The notes under the pieces are model-generated. The model ran no database searches. It had not been told where the DNA came from and was given only the letters and a program-made list of their open reading frames with translations. A stretch of 53,470 bases of DNA, the filler included, from Sphacelaria rigidula (Eukaryota), in assembly GCA_964200075.2 (NCBI GenBank). It is 4 parts of 4 records of this genome, joined end to end, with 100 filler letters (N's around TTAATTAATTAA, not from the genome) between each part and the next. Parts side by side here need not be neighbours in the genome. Positions count along the whole stretch, not along the records: positions 26,788 to 40,079 come from CAXNAA020002986.1; positions 40,180 to 53,470 come from CAXNAA020002987.1; 2 more parts are not named here. One strand, written 5' to 3'. This document shows, in pieces, positions 36,501 through 47,806 of this stretch. A program made the translations under genes and the position numbers. The first letter of the stretch is position 1. Each line of letters starts with the position of its first letter.

Positions 36501-36722
36501 TTCAAAATCTACCTTCTAATATACAGCCAGCCGATAAGACCCCCGCCCCGACGCACGGTACATCTACCTACATTCTTTGTATTCCGCGGGAATAAAATAT
36601 GGTGTAGCTGAAACTGCCAAATGAGCTTTGACTTGCCTATCATCTAAACAGACCGCGGTGATGTCGGCCTCCGTGATACCCTTGAAGACCCCCTTTAGAA
36701 TGCCCCCTACCGCGTCCCAAAT
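29875..36722 (-). CDS. Multi-exon WD40-repeat protein gene, 5'-partial (resembles WDR49/WDR64-like beta-propeller proteins)
   Basis: Phase-consistent exon chain built by hand: 36722-36637, 36067-35914, 35570-35428, 34971-34889, 34426-34228, 33712-33424, 33164-33097, 32660-32495, 32246-32187, 31917-31685, 31305-31017, 30622-30378, 30001-29875, and a possible last exon 29669-29535. WD motifs: ITAVCLDDRERKFILGNAKGEVAVYNF; VTSLVFLDPYPFVLATYSDGSVRVW; ISTAWDSSTYRLYTGDETGRLRCW; AHEDSI...LVTSGADRCVKAW. Upstream exons were not found. Confidence 0.85.
30378..30622 (-). CDS. WD40 gene C-terminal low-complexity exon
   Basis: Acceptor aacgcAG, donor AG|GTAGTG; phase-compatible with both neighbours. Confidence 0.55.
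31017..31305 (-). CDS. WD40 gene exon (VNVNALAEAEAAEAKNVLERM...PLKQ)
   Basis: Acceptor ccttcAG, donor CAG|GTGTGT; helical, then low-complexity sequence. Confidence 0.75.
31685..31917 (-). CDS. WD40 gene exon (...AHEDSIGLVVLVSTDPPALVTSGADRCVKAWTLDG...RWSF)
   Basis: Last WD repeat; acceptor gcccAG, donor AG|GCAAGA. Confidence 0.85.
32187..32246 (-). CDS. Probable 60-nt WD40 gene exon (GGGILRGDKTRKKSSIVNIA)
   Basis: Acceptor aagcAG, donor GCG|GTGAGA; phase 0/0 open frame. Confidence 0.5.
32495..32660 (-). CDS. WD40 gene exon (CWSLRRVLKALG...RRSQ)
   Basis: Acceptor ctcttcAG. Donor is either CAG|GTGGGT (exon end 32495) or G|GTGAGT (exon end 32584). Confidence 0.7.
33097..33164 (-). CDS. WD40 gene exon (VISTAWDSSTYRLYTGDETGRL)
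   Basis: Acceptor gcgacAG, donor AG|GTGTGA; WD repeat. Confidence 0.85.
33424..33712 (-). CDS. WD40 gene exon, low-complexity insert with poly-Asp tract
   Basis: Acceptor caacAG, donor CAG|GTAAAA; (GAT)n at ~33521-33558 encodes poly-D in frame. Confidence 0.7.
34228..34426 (-). CDS. WD40 gene exon (LVSSVTSLVFLDPYPFVLATYSDGSVRVWG...)
   Basis: Canonical WD repeat; acceptor catcAG, donor AG|GTGACA. Confidence 0.85.
34889..34971 (-). CDS. WD40 gene exon (CNPEDGIMIWSFATGRQEHVLAHGKAA)
   Basis: Not in the ORF track. Acceptor cccgtAG, donor CAG|GTACGA; phase 2 in and phase 1 out fit the neighbours. Confidence 0.8.
35428..35570 (-). CDS. WD40 gene exon (DGEMVCYDEMDPDK...GLVATS)
   Basis: Acceptor caaccAG, donor AG|GTACTT; phases match both neighbours. 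Confidence 0.8.
35914..36067 (-). CDS. WD40 gene exon (ERKFILGNAKGEVAVYNFRNGAKMKDL...VACQ)
   Basis: Acceptor ttccacAG, donor CAG|GCAAGA; WD-repeat sequence. Confidence 0.85.
36637..36722 (-). CDS. WD40 gene exon (IWDAVGGILKGVFKGITEADITAVCLDD)
   Basis: Acceptor catcctcAG, donor AG|GCAAGT; joins the next exon in phase 2 to give DDRERKF. Confidence 0.85.
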
Positions 36723-38607
36723 CTGAGGATGCGTGTACAGCCGAGGCGTTCGTCGCAAAGATTATAATAGCAGGGTGCAGTGCAGTCCGACGAATAGTGG
36801 GAAATTCGGCAGGTGGTGCGCGTTCTTGAGACGAAGAGTGCACCTTGGATACAACACGATGTACCCATAGGGAGGATCGCTGGCAAGGTCAATGATACCT
36901 GCGTTATGCCCGAAGATCTATATTGTCAACAGTATTCGTACTAGTTTACGGAGCACCGTGCGTTTTGCTCTTCGGCGAGAACAACTGAAGAGTTGTGGTA
37001 TTTGTTTCCACTTGATATACGTTCATGGCGTTTAATGGTAAAATTTCTGTTTTCTGGAGAGAATGGCATGCATAATCATACGTAGGGTATCCAGAGACTA
37101 CCAATTTATTATTTTATCACGTAAGCTTCGAAAAGATAAATAACAATCAATGTTCATCACAGGAGTGCTAGTGGAGTATGACCCGACTGTGGGAAATAGC
37201 CAAAATCCCCCCTGCTTCAGTTGAGTTACACTCTACTCCAAGTTCGATCTTACGTGGCCTGGAAGTGTTCTTTCCATCTTTTTTGGCACGGATGTTCGCA
37301 GAACAAAAGATATCACGTTCCCTGAACATGAAGGTGAAATGATCAACAGGGGCATGAACGTGCTCTGTCCTCAGATGTTTTCGACAGCAGTCGAAACAGT
37401 TTTCCGTGTTTGGCCGCGCCGCACCGGACGAAAAACATCTTGCTTTGCGAAATCTTTCTGTCAAAATCTTTCCTCATACTGCGGCTCCCCGCATGCCAAG
37501 GTTCAAATTAATCGCAGTCGCTGATCTGAATACGTTATGATACACTTCATTTCGAAAGGCAGGGTTTAGTTACTGTTGTTACCCCGTGAAGAAGTACAAC
37601 CCTTTCTCCAGCCTCTCAGCATGTGCAGCACTTTGGACCGTGTACGCGGGGTGCTTCGGGCCAGCGGCAGCCGGGAAACGGCACGGACTTAGATAGGCTG
37701 CCTCAATCGACCTGATAAACATGTCGGCAGAGTGGCGGCCCGCCTTTTGAGCACCGACAGGGATTAATACCGCCAATCGCCGCGTTGTATCTTCAACTGC
37801 GGTAGCAACGCCAATATCTCGTCCCATGCAGCTCGGTGGGCACAGCCGTCATGCTCAGTAACGCCATTCACGCGTGAGTTACGCCTACGGTAGGTTCGAC
37901 GAGGATGAAGACAGGTATTCCGACGAGAAGGGGGACGGCTGAACCCCAAGGTGCAAGAGTCAAGACAAGCACGGGGATGAAAGCGGCAAACTGCACGATG
38001 TGGATTGTATAACGGCAAAGGAGGAAAATGCTGAGAAATTTGGAGGAGGGGGGGGATGGGGGCGGGGGGCGGCAACACGGGGTCTCAAGGGAAAACGGGT
38101 AGTGACTATGCAGACACACTAATGGTTGTGTTGAAAAACTGGGTTATGACATGATTGGATTTCAATATATCAAGCATCCTGGATGCCCCACAACACTCAT
38201 GGCCGGCTGGAGACAACGCACACTTTAACGGGGGCAGGGATAGCTCCAACTGGTATGGAGGTGGCCTCGCGGTGGGAGAGCTGTTTATTCGGAAGGACAA
38301 AACGTTGGCTAAGGACACCAGTAGCGAACGACTGATGAAGGTACGAATGCAAAGGGCAGACACATACACCTGATCAACCCTCATTGTCGCTTACACTACA
38401 ACCGAACGCGTAGCCTCGGCCGCTAATTCTGGGTTCTGGGCTGGATCAGATACTGTTACAGCACGAACACAAAGACGAACGTTTCGAGCTGATGGATATG
38501 AGCGCCTTCATTCGCGAATGAGATAGTGCCAGCAGGAAGGTGGTGGAAGTCTACGGCTGTGAAACACGGACGACGCCCTGCTCACACGATACGCCGAGGA
38601 CAGAGTC

Positions 38608-38921
38608 GCCGCCGCGCCCCGGTGGTGTAACGGTCCGACTGTCGCCATTAGGGTGAAGAGAACGAGGGTTTGATTCCCGAAGCGTTGGGTTTTCTTCGTA
38701 GTACCTGATTTCCACCGTGGAAAGCGTGAGAACATGAGCAAAACGAATAGTCGACTGAGTTTGTTTGACGTGAGTTGACGCGGTGCGGGAGTGCTGATAG
38801 TCATGACCCAACTCGCGAGACCAAAATGCAAGGCGTGTCCCGGGGAAAAGATGGGTTGATCCCTTGAGACCACGGACTCAGCCAGAGGAAGGGGAGGGGT
38901 TCAAAGTGCGACAAAAAAAAA
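38608..38921 (+). mobile_element. tRNA-derived SINE family 2
   Basis: GCCGCCGCGCCCCGGTGGTGTAACGG (A box), GGTTTGATTCCC (B box), poly(A) tail. Confidence 0.8.
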
Positions 38922-38949
38922 GAAAGAATAGAGCTAACTCTTTGCCGTC

Positions 38950-39421
38950 AACACCTGCTTCCGTGAACACAAAGGACGTCGAACCCACACGTTTTGGAGG
39001 GACGAAACGCCTGACGACGAGATGTCGACTCGACGATGTCCTTATAAGCCACTCAGACCGCCGCCTCGTGCGGACCGCAGGTGTAGGCAAAGCGGAGAAG
39101 AAGGTATTCCGAGCACTCGATCGTGTATGTATCGACCCGACAAATATAATGGAATGGCCACCAACGCCCGGAGGCGCGATCGTAGCAACGGAGGTGAAAA
39201 CAAACAGTTGGGCCGCAGACTGCACTAGTCGAACATTTACCGATCTGACGAGGAGGTCGCCTGCACCATCGGTGCCCTACTCCGTTCGACAGGCCACCCC
39301 CACAGCGACATCCACGATCGATAGCACAGACACCATCTTCACGGATACCGCCTGCACCGTAGCGAGCGAGATCATTTCAACGGCACCGCGACGAAGGCTC
39401 CAACCCGACCGGTGGGGCCCC

Positions 39422-39456
<35 letters not shown>

Positions 39457-40079
39457 TGAAGCCGCATGGCACGTTCGACATGACGCGCAGAAAAAGCCAC
39501 AGAAGCCCGCCCCGACGAATACAAGACTTCAAGAGGCTGTCTTCGAGGCCGACAAAACACTTAAGTAGATGAAGAAAACCAATATTTGTAGCATACCTAG
39601 ACCACCACGCCAGACCCGCGGAATGTCTCGAGATGAAGGCGACCAAAACGGTCCAAACGCCCGAGGACAAGGCTTCAGGGATCAGAGGAATAGAGGAATA
39701 CTAATCCCAACACATCGGGGACGAAGAGGGCAACCCTCTGAGCGACCTGACAGACATCTTTAGGAGGTGCGGCAGGTAATTCCACGAGTTACTGAACGCC
39801 AAGGCTGGCGCCATCAACCCCACCATCGTGATGCGGATTCCGCATACTCCAGTCTAGATGTCGCTTGCTGCGGCGCCGACCGTCGAAGAGACCAAACACG
39901 CCTGGGGCATGTCCGCGAAAATAACGTCAACAAGACCCGATAACCTACGCGAGGTACTGCCAAACCTAGGTTCACGGAAGGACCACATCACCTTATAGAA
40001 GTTCCACAACGTCGTTGCCGCGATACTTCCTCTGTCCCATAAGTAAAGTCCGTTATGTTTATACGAGCCCTTAACGGTG
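38950..40079 (+). pseudogene. Decayed LINE ORF2 fragment (end of the endonuclease and linker towards RT)
   Basis: RLDDVLISHSDRRLVR, FTDTACTVASEII..PRRR..W, FHELLNAK..INPTI and PTVEETKHA...RPDNL motifs typical of non-LTR ORF2. Contains stops, frameshifts and a (CA)n insertion at ~39424-39453. Confidence 0.65.
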
Positions 40080-40179
40080 NNNNNNNNNNNNNNNNNNNNN
40101 NNNNNNNNNNNNNNNNNNNNNNNTTAATTAATTAANNNNNNNNNNNNNNNNNNNNNNNNNNNNNNNNNNNNNNNNNNNN
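40080..40179. other. Artificial contig spacer
   Basis: Same N/TTAATTAATTAA/N linker. Confidence 0.97.
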
Positions 40180-40246
40180 AGGCCTATACTTTATGCAGTA
40201 CGTTTCTTGTCTATTGCAACTACTGACCGTATATTGTCCAAGGTGT
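40180..40246. mobile_element. Half of a 170-bp palindromic MITE (contig starts inside it)
   Basis: AGGCCTATACTTTATGCAGTACGTTT...TTGTCCAAGGTGT matches the right arm at 9196-9263. Confidence 0.75.
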
Positions 40247-40540
40247 AAATCCTTTCAATTCAAATGCTTGTTCCGGCCGTGATGGTCTGTGGTGGCCTGA
40301 GGTCGCTGTGAAAAAAAAAAAATCGGAAAATCGGGAATAAGCGTTGTTGGACAAGACGGTGGCCCTCGGTCCCCACTTTGGAAGAATGAAATAAAGTAAA
40401 AAGCAAGAAGTGGAGAAATCGGGAATGAAGTTGGGGTGAAGTGCTGTCGTTTAGAACGGCCTGAAGAATAGGGTGACCTATAGTGCAAGTGGATGCAAAT
40501 TTCAAATGCCGTGAAACGTGTTTTTGATTGAGTGCTATCA

Positions 40541-40900
40541 GCCGGTCGCCCCGGTGACTCAGTTGGTCACCTCGAAACCTTCTGACTGCTGGGTCGTGGG
40601 TTCGAATCTCGGTGCAGTCGTACGATCGATGAGTTTTTTTCACACCATGCCCAACAGCGGAGAGCGACTGTGTCGTGGGTACACAAAAATTCGACTTCAC
40701 GGTCAACAAGGGAAAGAGACCGTGAACCCCTCTCGCGATATAAACTAAGGCAAGCACGGCAGAAGGAAGATGAGGTACTAGACCTAGGACCTAAAACATT
40801 ATGTGTTGGCCTTCCTCCTGTGTGACCCCGACTGATGCGCCCGCATACCCCGAAAGGTGTAGACTGACGTCCAGAATAGGTGGGATGACAACACACACAC
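40541..40900 (+). mobile_element. tRNA-derived SINE family 1, full length
   Basis: Head GCCGGTCGCCCCGGTGACTCAGTTGG (A box) ... GGTTCGAATCT (B box); CA-rich tail; four copies in the window. Confidence 0.85.
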
Positions 40901-41214
40901 TATGGCATACATTCTGTGACACAGGCTTGAAACGCAGAAAAATCACGAAATCTTTAAAACTTGTGTATGTTTTTGTGCTGCACTGGCTTGGTCAGTGTGG
41001 GGTTCATGTGTTACAGTACCCTATTATAGCGGCTATCCACTCGTCTCCGGTTCCTCGCATACGGCATACACTTGCTCTCTGCCGACTTGCCGAGTCTCGA
41101 GGGAGAAGTCCCTCCACCAAAAACAGCCTCCTTCGCCTGCCACAAATTTATTCACCACATGTTTCACGTACAGCACAATGGAATGGTAGAGCGAGTAAAC
41201 AGCACTCTGCACAC

Positions 41215-42070
41215 TTTTTTTTTTGTCGTACCTTGAACCCCTCCCCTTCCTCGGGCCGAGTCCCTGGTCACAAGGGATCATCCCATCTCGCTCCAGGTAC
41301 ACGCCTTGCAGTTTGGTCTCGCTGATTGAGTCAACACTCCCGCACCTTGTCAACTCACGTCAAACGAACTCAGTCGACTACTTTGTTTACTCACGTTCTC
41401 ACGCTTTCCACGGTGGAAATCAGATGTTGCGAAGGAAAAACTTTACGTATCGGGAATCGAACCCTCGTCATCTACACACTACAGTAGTGGGCGGTCAAAG
41501 TATTTAGGGGTGCTTCGGGGTTTTCCTCGCGTACTACTCTTCGATAGAACTCGAAATTGCTAGCGTCGGTAGGTTTTGATGCAACAAAACAGATACTCTT
41601 TGAAATACAGTGCCCAAGTCAGTGTTGGTGTTATCGGGCGAAACGGGTAAATACCCCGTTCACCAGGAGGGTGTTATTGCCCGTGAAACACAGTTTTTTG
41701 GTCCTAGTGCACTGAGTAAGTAGAATTTCAAAAAAATAAAACTTTACATTTCTTTTCAAATATGATCGGGACGGGCCCGATCGACCGAAAATACAGCAGA
41801 GGAAGAATCTGGGCTGAAACGTGGCAGGACCCCCGATGACCGGCCAGCCCGTAAGTCACTCTATATTGAGTACAGATGATTTCTCTTCTTGGAATGTGGA
41901 GTGGATACAAATATCTTCAGATCCTCGATGTGATGAGAGGTGGCGAGCGAAAAGAGCCCGAGAAAATCGCCAATCACGAAAAAATAACAAAATGCCACAA
42001 AATAAATAGTTACACCGTCCACTACGGTAGTGGTGACAGTCGGACTATTACACCACCGGGGCGCGGCGGC
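41215..42070 (-). mobile_element. SINE family 2 copy split by a MITE insertion
   Basis: Body at 41215-41481 and head at 42028-42070 rejoin at a TA to match 38608-38921. Confidence 0.8.
41482..42027. mobile_element. 546-bp Tc1/mariner-type non-autonomous element
   Basis: TA|CAGTAGTGGGCGGTCAAAGTATTT ... AAATAGTTACACCGTCCACTACGG|TA (TIR match 19/24). The interior is homologous to ~23300-23690. Confidence 0.8.
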
Positions 42071-42449
42071 ATACTAATAGTCGCAAATCAGACAAATTGC
42101 AACATGCAGCAGGACACCGTTTGGTGTGCGGAGATGACGCGTGCGTTTCGTATCCTCACTACACCCGATGGCGTCAGCGCCTTCTTCTCTTCTGGGGCGA
42201 CCGAGTAAGAAATTCGAAGTACATACCGCCACAAAGTGGGCCGTGAAGATATATAAGGGGTCGTGAAAATAACTCTGGCACACCACCTGCCGAATAGACG
42301 AGACAAAAAAAATACTGAAAAAAATGGGGCTTCTCGAAAGGCAGGTGGCAAGCTAAGAGGGTATCGTATCACCGAGTTTGAGCTACTCTGCTACTATTAT
42401 ACTTTGCTCTGCTGTCAACTGAACACCCCATGCGTGCTATCGATAACAC

Positions 42450-45400
42450 CCAAGCTTACGGCACGAGTTCGGCCCCCGGGAGTACTATCGCCAAGACGAC
42501 TATTGGCGCACCCCTGAACTCACCCCTGGAGTACACGAACACGAACCTGAGAGAACTGCAGCACCATTCTCCCAGGATCGTTTGAACTCTGGCGGAAAAC
42601 GTCCGCAGCAAAGAGTGGCGAAGTCGGTCTTCCCCCCCCATGTCGTTCCCACCCAAACCATCAGCGTGAAGCCGAGAAACCCCGCGGCCTCTTCGTGTCG
42701 ACCGGCTGTCCAATGCCAGACCCCATTGCACTGAGGCTCCCCCGCGTTAAGTTAAGTGCTTCTCCAGCTACGTTGCCGCCATCGAGCGCCGCCGCACCCG
42801 TCGCGAGCCCATCCTGTACGACCACGATACAGAGAGTACACGCCACGCTTCCCGAGACACCCCGTGGCTTGTAGGGCACCGGTGCCAACTGCGAGGGCTA
42901 TGCCGCCCGTGAGCTTGGCTTGTCGGCGGAGGAAGTCACGGGGCTGAAATTGACTTGAGCGCGGGGCGCGGGGCGCGGGGCGGGGGGGGGGGGGTCAGCA
43001 TGTCGTACGACTGCGTACGCACGCCGTGTGGCAAGCGGCTGCTCCTCGACCACAGGATTCCAGTCTGGATTGGGATCCGACGCCGGGATGGACATATCAC
43101 GGAGTGCCCGCGTGATGGTTGCTCTGGGCTCACGCGGTAACGTCAGCAGAGTATCCCCGTGTCTGCTCACTGGCGAGTCCTATTTCGGCAGATGAGCGCG
43201 AGCACCCTTCATAATGTTCGACTTTCTGGTCGCTGGGCTTATGACAGCGGGAGCGCAGTTTCACCCGCTCGAACTGTATACTTCCTACCACCATTGCCGA
43301 CGTTATGCCAACTCCAGCAACGGCGAGCAGACATCAACGTCCACGAGGTGGTCTTGCCGTGCGTCTCCGATCTGTCCGACGAAATGTTATCTGTAGCCAG
43401 CTCAAACAAGGATCAAAACTCACCACCGCCTATTGGATGTTGCGCAAATTACATGGGTGCTGAGACAATGCCTCGAAAGCTTAATGGGCAAGCGTTAATG
43501 AGTTTATTCGGCAGATTGCCGGTGACGCTGCGCAGAGATTTTGTACTCATGATCATGCATGCCATAGTCATAAGACTATTGACGCAGAGATGTTGGAGGT
43601 ACGGGTATGAGCAATGCGCGCTATATAATGTGGACTACGTGCGTGCGGCGAATTCGTAAATACAGTTACAGTTGGTACACCCGGGTGCAAAAGGACACCG
43701 TGTGAATTTGTCAAGTTTGGCAGGCGGGAATCGTAGACATTCCATCTCACCTGCTTCCGAGAGAAGGACAATCCTCCAGCCGTTCGATGTCATTTCGGCA
43801 AGGGCTCAGGAAATCAATGAAAAATGTCAGGAGCGGCGTACCAGTTCACGCGGCCTATTTTGCTCCGAACATCAGAGGGAGGCCTGCGACCACACCGGCG
43901 TCGAAGTTAAACACACATACGCCTTCCCAGTTGTCGTAACCATGTCCCCCTTACCAGCACGTGAAGTTGTTGTGCTCGACTTGCATGTTGCACCATCTTC
44001 ACATCCGGATCACGCTGGGTTGTGGCAATCATCGAGCAGGATGAGTACAAGAGGAATGATAGACTCGCACGGGAGTCAACACCTGCGCGTACTCGAAGAT
44101 GATGATATGGTTGGAAGATGCGCGCGAAGTTGACGTCTGCGAGTTTCGATGTGCCGAGATGTATTGGATGAAAACACCACCTGCGCACGTAATGACAACG
44201 CATATGCTGCCTTCCTTTCAAAATATTCTGCCCGGCGGACGGAATCGCGACAAATGCGCAGCCACTGGGAAGAGGGTGCATACGCTCGCACGTTGGCACG
44301 CAACAACATAATATGTAACGGTAACAGCCAAAAATCCTCTTCTCGTTGCGGAACCTCGAGGATCGCGGACTTTCCACAACTAACGGCGGCAGCAAGACCA
44401 ACCAAAAGGGTAAGGAGTGTACTAATATATATATATATATATAATCTGTAGCAACTACCCGCCGTCAATTGAAAGAACAAGCCGCAACTGCTTGAATCTC
44501 GTGACGTCCCCATGTCCGCAATCCAGACTGTCGGATTCCCTGATGCGGTGCACTTCCCGAGCCCGTGTGATCCCTCCACTCCACACGACGAGCGACGAAC
44601 GAATGCTTACAAGTTTCTGCATCTATGCAGCACATGACGAAGAAGGAGTGGTTTTATCTGGCGAAGTAAGGCCTCCATCTCCCCTGCCCTGGACAGGTCA
44701 TGATCATGCAAGTACAGGTCCCCCCAGTCGTGAAGATCCATGTCATCGCCCAGCCTATTCCCCTCACCGCTTGAACCGCCTGCGGTCCCTCCTGCCCTAC
44801 CTGCATTTGTTCGGGGGTTCAGCTCCGGCTACAATGCCAACAAATTCATGTGATGGCACCTTTTGCGAAGTGCGGTCTCTTGATACGGTGACCCGAAGTG
44901 ACCCTTGGCGAGGGGATCGAACGTTCGCGGCCTAACGTCAAACATCATTTACCATAAGCTCTGCGCTACGTACCTTGAGCTGTGAGGCCGATGTTTTTTT
45001 CATGATAATTCTTCGGTTCAACGGAGTTGCACCATACTTGAATGTTGCTGTTTGCATATGTTCTGTGTGAGTTGCTTGGTTTTCACCTTCCCACGTCGGG
45101 GCACGGGCGAAGATATGACAATCGCCCCCGATGTCCGTTTTCACCGTCCTCTTGGGTATGGCAACCACAACTTCTTTTCCTCCCAACTATACGTTTTCCA
45201 GAAAACGGGGAGCTGGAAGCCCTGACATACGTCTTGCCAATTAGAATGCCGTAGCTGATTTCGAAACACCAGGTTTCCCATTTTTCTCGTCATACTAATC
45301 CCTCACCTTGTACGTCAACTACCACGCTTCGCCTGTCTTATTTGGTCGAGGTGCATTGTCATGCTTTACATGAGCATATCCTCCGGGGGTTGAGCGGTTG

Positions 45401-46830
45401 TTCTGATCGAATACGACATAATATTGCGTGTCACCGAGGATACCCAGGATGAGAACGCCGGTGCGCTCTGCAGCCTCACTGTTGCTCTACTGCGTCGCAA
45501 TCGCCGTCGTTTCATAGTGCCAGTTCCTTCAATCTGTTAGCCTGGGCATTAATGCCAACCTACCCGAAATTCGCCTTTGTAGAACTTGGTGCGTCTCCAG
45601 TGGTCGCCCTTTCATGCTCACATGCGCCAGCTTCTTTTTTCTTCCGCCTTCACTTACCACAGCGTTCGCACTGAGGCGCTCAATACTGGCGGTGGAAGGA
45701 AGCATGGACGACGACTGACAATTAATATGATATCGCCGACACTGACGAGGCAGATATGACGACACACACCTTCACAAAAGCAACCTAATTGCTCTCTTCG
45801 GTGACGTCTGTTTTTGAGCGTTTTTACACGCTCGAAGTCTGCGCTATCTTTGCAGTGAACGCGTTCTTTGATACACCACCGTGGAATGCTGCACGTTCAA
45901 ATCACGTGCCACGATACACCCTAAGCGCTCAGACGTGTACAGCAATGTCGCTTCGTCTTTGTGTCTGAGGGTACGCACGTCCTGAATTTGAGCCCATCTA
46001 TTTAGTGTTGAGCAGAACGTAGTTTACTTGTTGCAACGGCTGTCCCGGCAAGTAGAGTTGATCGGCGTTGGGCTACAAACGTTCATGGTTGATAATTACT
46101 TGATTTGAGTGTGTCCAGCGAAAGTCGGATCTTTGGTAGGGCTGACAGTCCCGTGTGCTCCTCGCGTGCGCAAAACGCGTTTTTCGTTGAAATCGGCGGC
46201 ACAGGCGCCGATTTGGGGTCCACCAAGGCCGGCCGCACTTTGCCCAGGGAGTACTATGTACCGCCCTTGCCCGAGGGTTTTCGGTATGCGTTGGGTTGGG
46301 GTTAGGGAAAGGGGTACCGATACTGGTGTCAACCGTGGACGTTTGTCGCCCAACGCCGGTCAATTTACCTCGTCCCGGCACACCATCCCGGTGGTTGTCG
46401 ACGTCAGCATGATGCGATTTCTCGAGAGTCTCGTGCTTTCCGAGCACACAGTACTCGCACTGACCCCTTGCTGGTCATCCGTCGGAATCCTAAACACATG
46501 ATGGGGAATCGATTTAGGAGGCAGAGGGTGACTTGGGAAGGACAGGGTCATTCGTCCGGTACTCCGCGTGAGCCCTGCTCTCTGTCGCTGAACGTCCGAG
46601 ATCTGCCGCCATCACTTGTTTCTCTCGTCTCTTGTGCCTACAAATCATTTCAAGGGGAGCCAAAGAAGAGCATGCAGCATTCAGCAGACGGTAGATATCA
46701 TCAATGGACGTTATTAACTCCATTTTCGGAGGATGTCCGTTATGGTGGAGATTTCTTTCCTGCAGTAGGCGTGACCACCATTAGGAAACGGAATCTTGAT
46801 AAAGCGAGTGTCGCAGATCAGTAATGAAAT
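42450..46830 (-). pseudogene. Decayed Ty3/Gypsy pol (RT - RNase H - integrase order)
   Basis: Minus strand. RT-like SIDDIYRLLN..(~46700) lies upstream of integrase-like remnants: a zinc-binding region at ~44000-44100, GDMVTTTGKAYV at ~43920, and LLSEAG / LLHPG at ~43680-43770. Heavily mutated and interrupted by small insertions; LTRs not identified. Confidence 0.55.
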
Positions 46831-47774
46831 TCAGCGTAAGTCCACCTCTTATGGTGACGGGATTGCTTTTCAAAATTGAAATATTTTCAAAATTTAGAAT
46901 TCAAAAATCGTAACATCGACTCTTGTGGGACCGCGGCATTTCGAATATTCCACTAAAATTTGAATGCTTTCGGAAAAAATCCGATTGGAGCAAACTTGAC
47001 CTCATCTATTGAAAACTGGAAAAGGTTATCACTATCCCTTGGGTACAGCACAGCACAACCTTGCGGACTACAATGCATCAAGCCAGTAGCACAGCTCAGC
47101 ACAGTGCAGTGCAGTGCAGTACAGCACGGCACAACGACAGTTGTGACACTTGAAGTGTATTAGAGTACAATCAGCGCGCTAAGCCGAGCAGCATGCGAGT
47201 CCCCTACGGTTTGAAGGAACACAAAATTGTAAAGTAATTTCAGTACCATGTGTCGTACAGTACATGGAATTGGTGCCTGGACCTTAACCCATTTGACCTG
47301 ATGAGCTCGCAATGTTTTTTTTAGCGCAACGGGCTTTGGAGCTTGAGCAAAGCATGAATTAGGCCGAAACAAGCTCATGCCACCGGGTTTTGAGCATTGG
47401 GATTGGCATAGCAAGCGAAAAATGGAGCATAGGGTGAATACGCCTGCTCTGATTTGGAGGGAGGGGTGGCTTTGACACCCCTTATACCAATTCAAAAGTA
47501 AACGGCGTATCATGTTATGATGTACCGTAGCTCCATAAGCGGACATCTACCTGGAAATACGCACACACACGTACACACACGTACACACACTCACGTTTTT
47601 TGGTTGGCGGTTGGAGGGAGACCATTAGTATTGTGTCCCAGTACGAGTACGGAGGAGAGATGGGTTGATCCCTTACTCGTCCCGAGGGAGGGGAGGGTTT
47701 CGAATCGCGACGAATAAAAAACTAGAAAAACTAAAATCAACGAGTATTATATTCAAGCAATAAAAAAACAGGAC

Positions 47775-47806
47775 CGCCGAACGCCGAACGCCGAACGCCG
47801 ACGCCG
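47775..47806. repeat. (CGCCGAA)n short tandem repeat
   Basis: Three perfect and two partial units; two more units near 47918. Confidence 0.8.

Noticed and set aside
36723..38600. Upstream exons of the WD40 gene
   Set aside because: No phase-0 donor with WD-like coding sequence was identified; these exons may lie beyond the contig end or have been missed.
38864..39568. 234-aa ORF as a functional gene
   Set aside because: It is a chimera of a SINE tail, decayed LINE ORF2 and a (CA)n tract.
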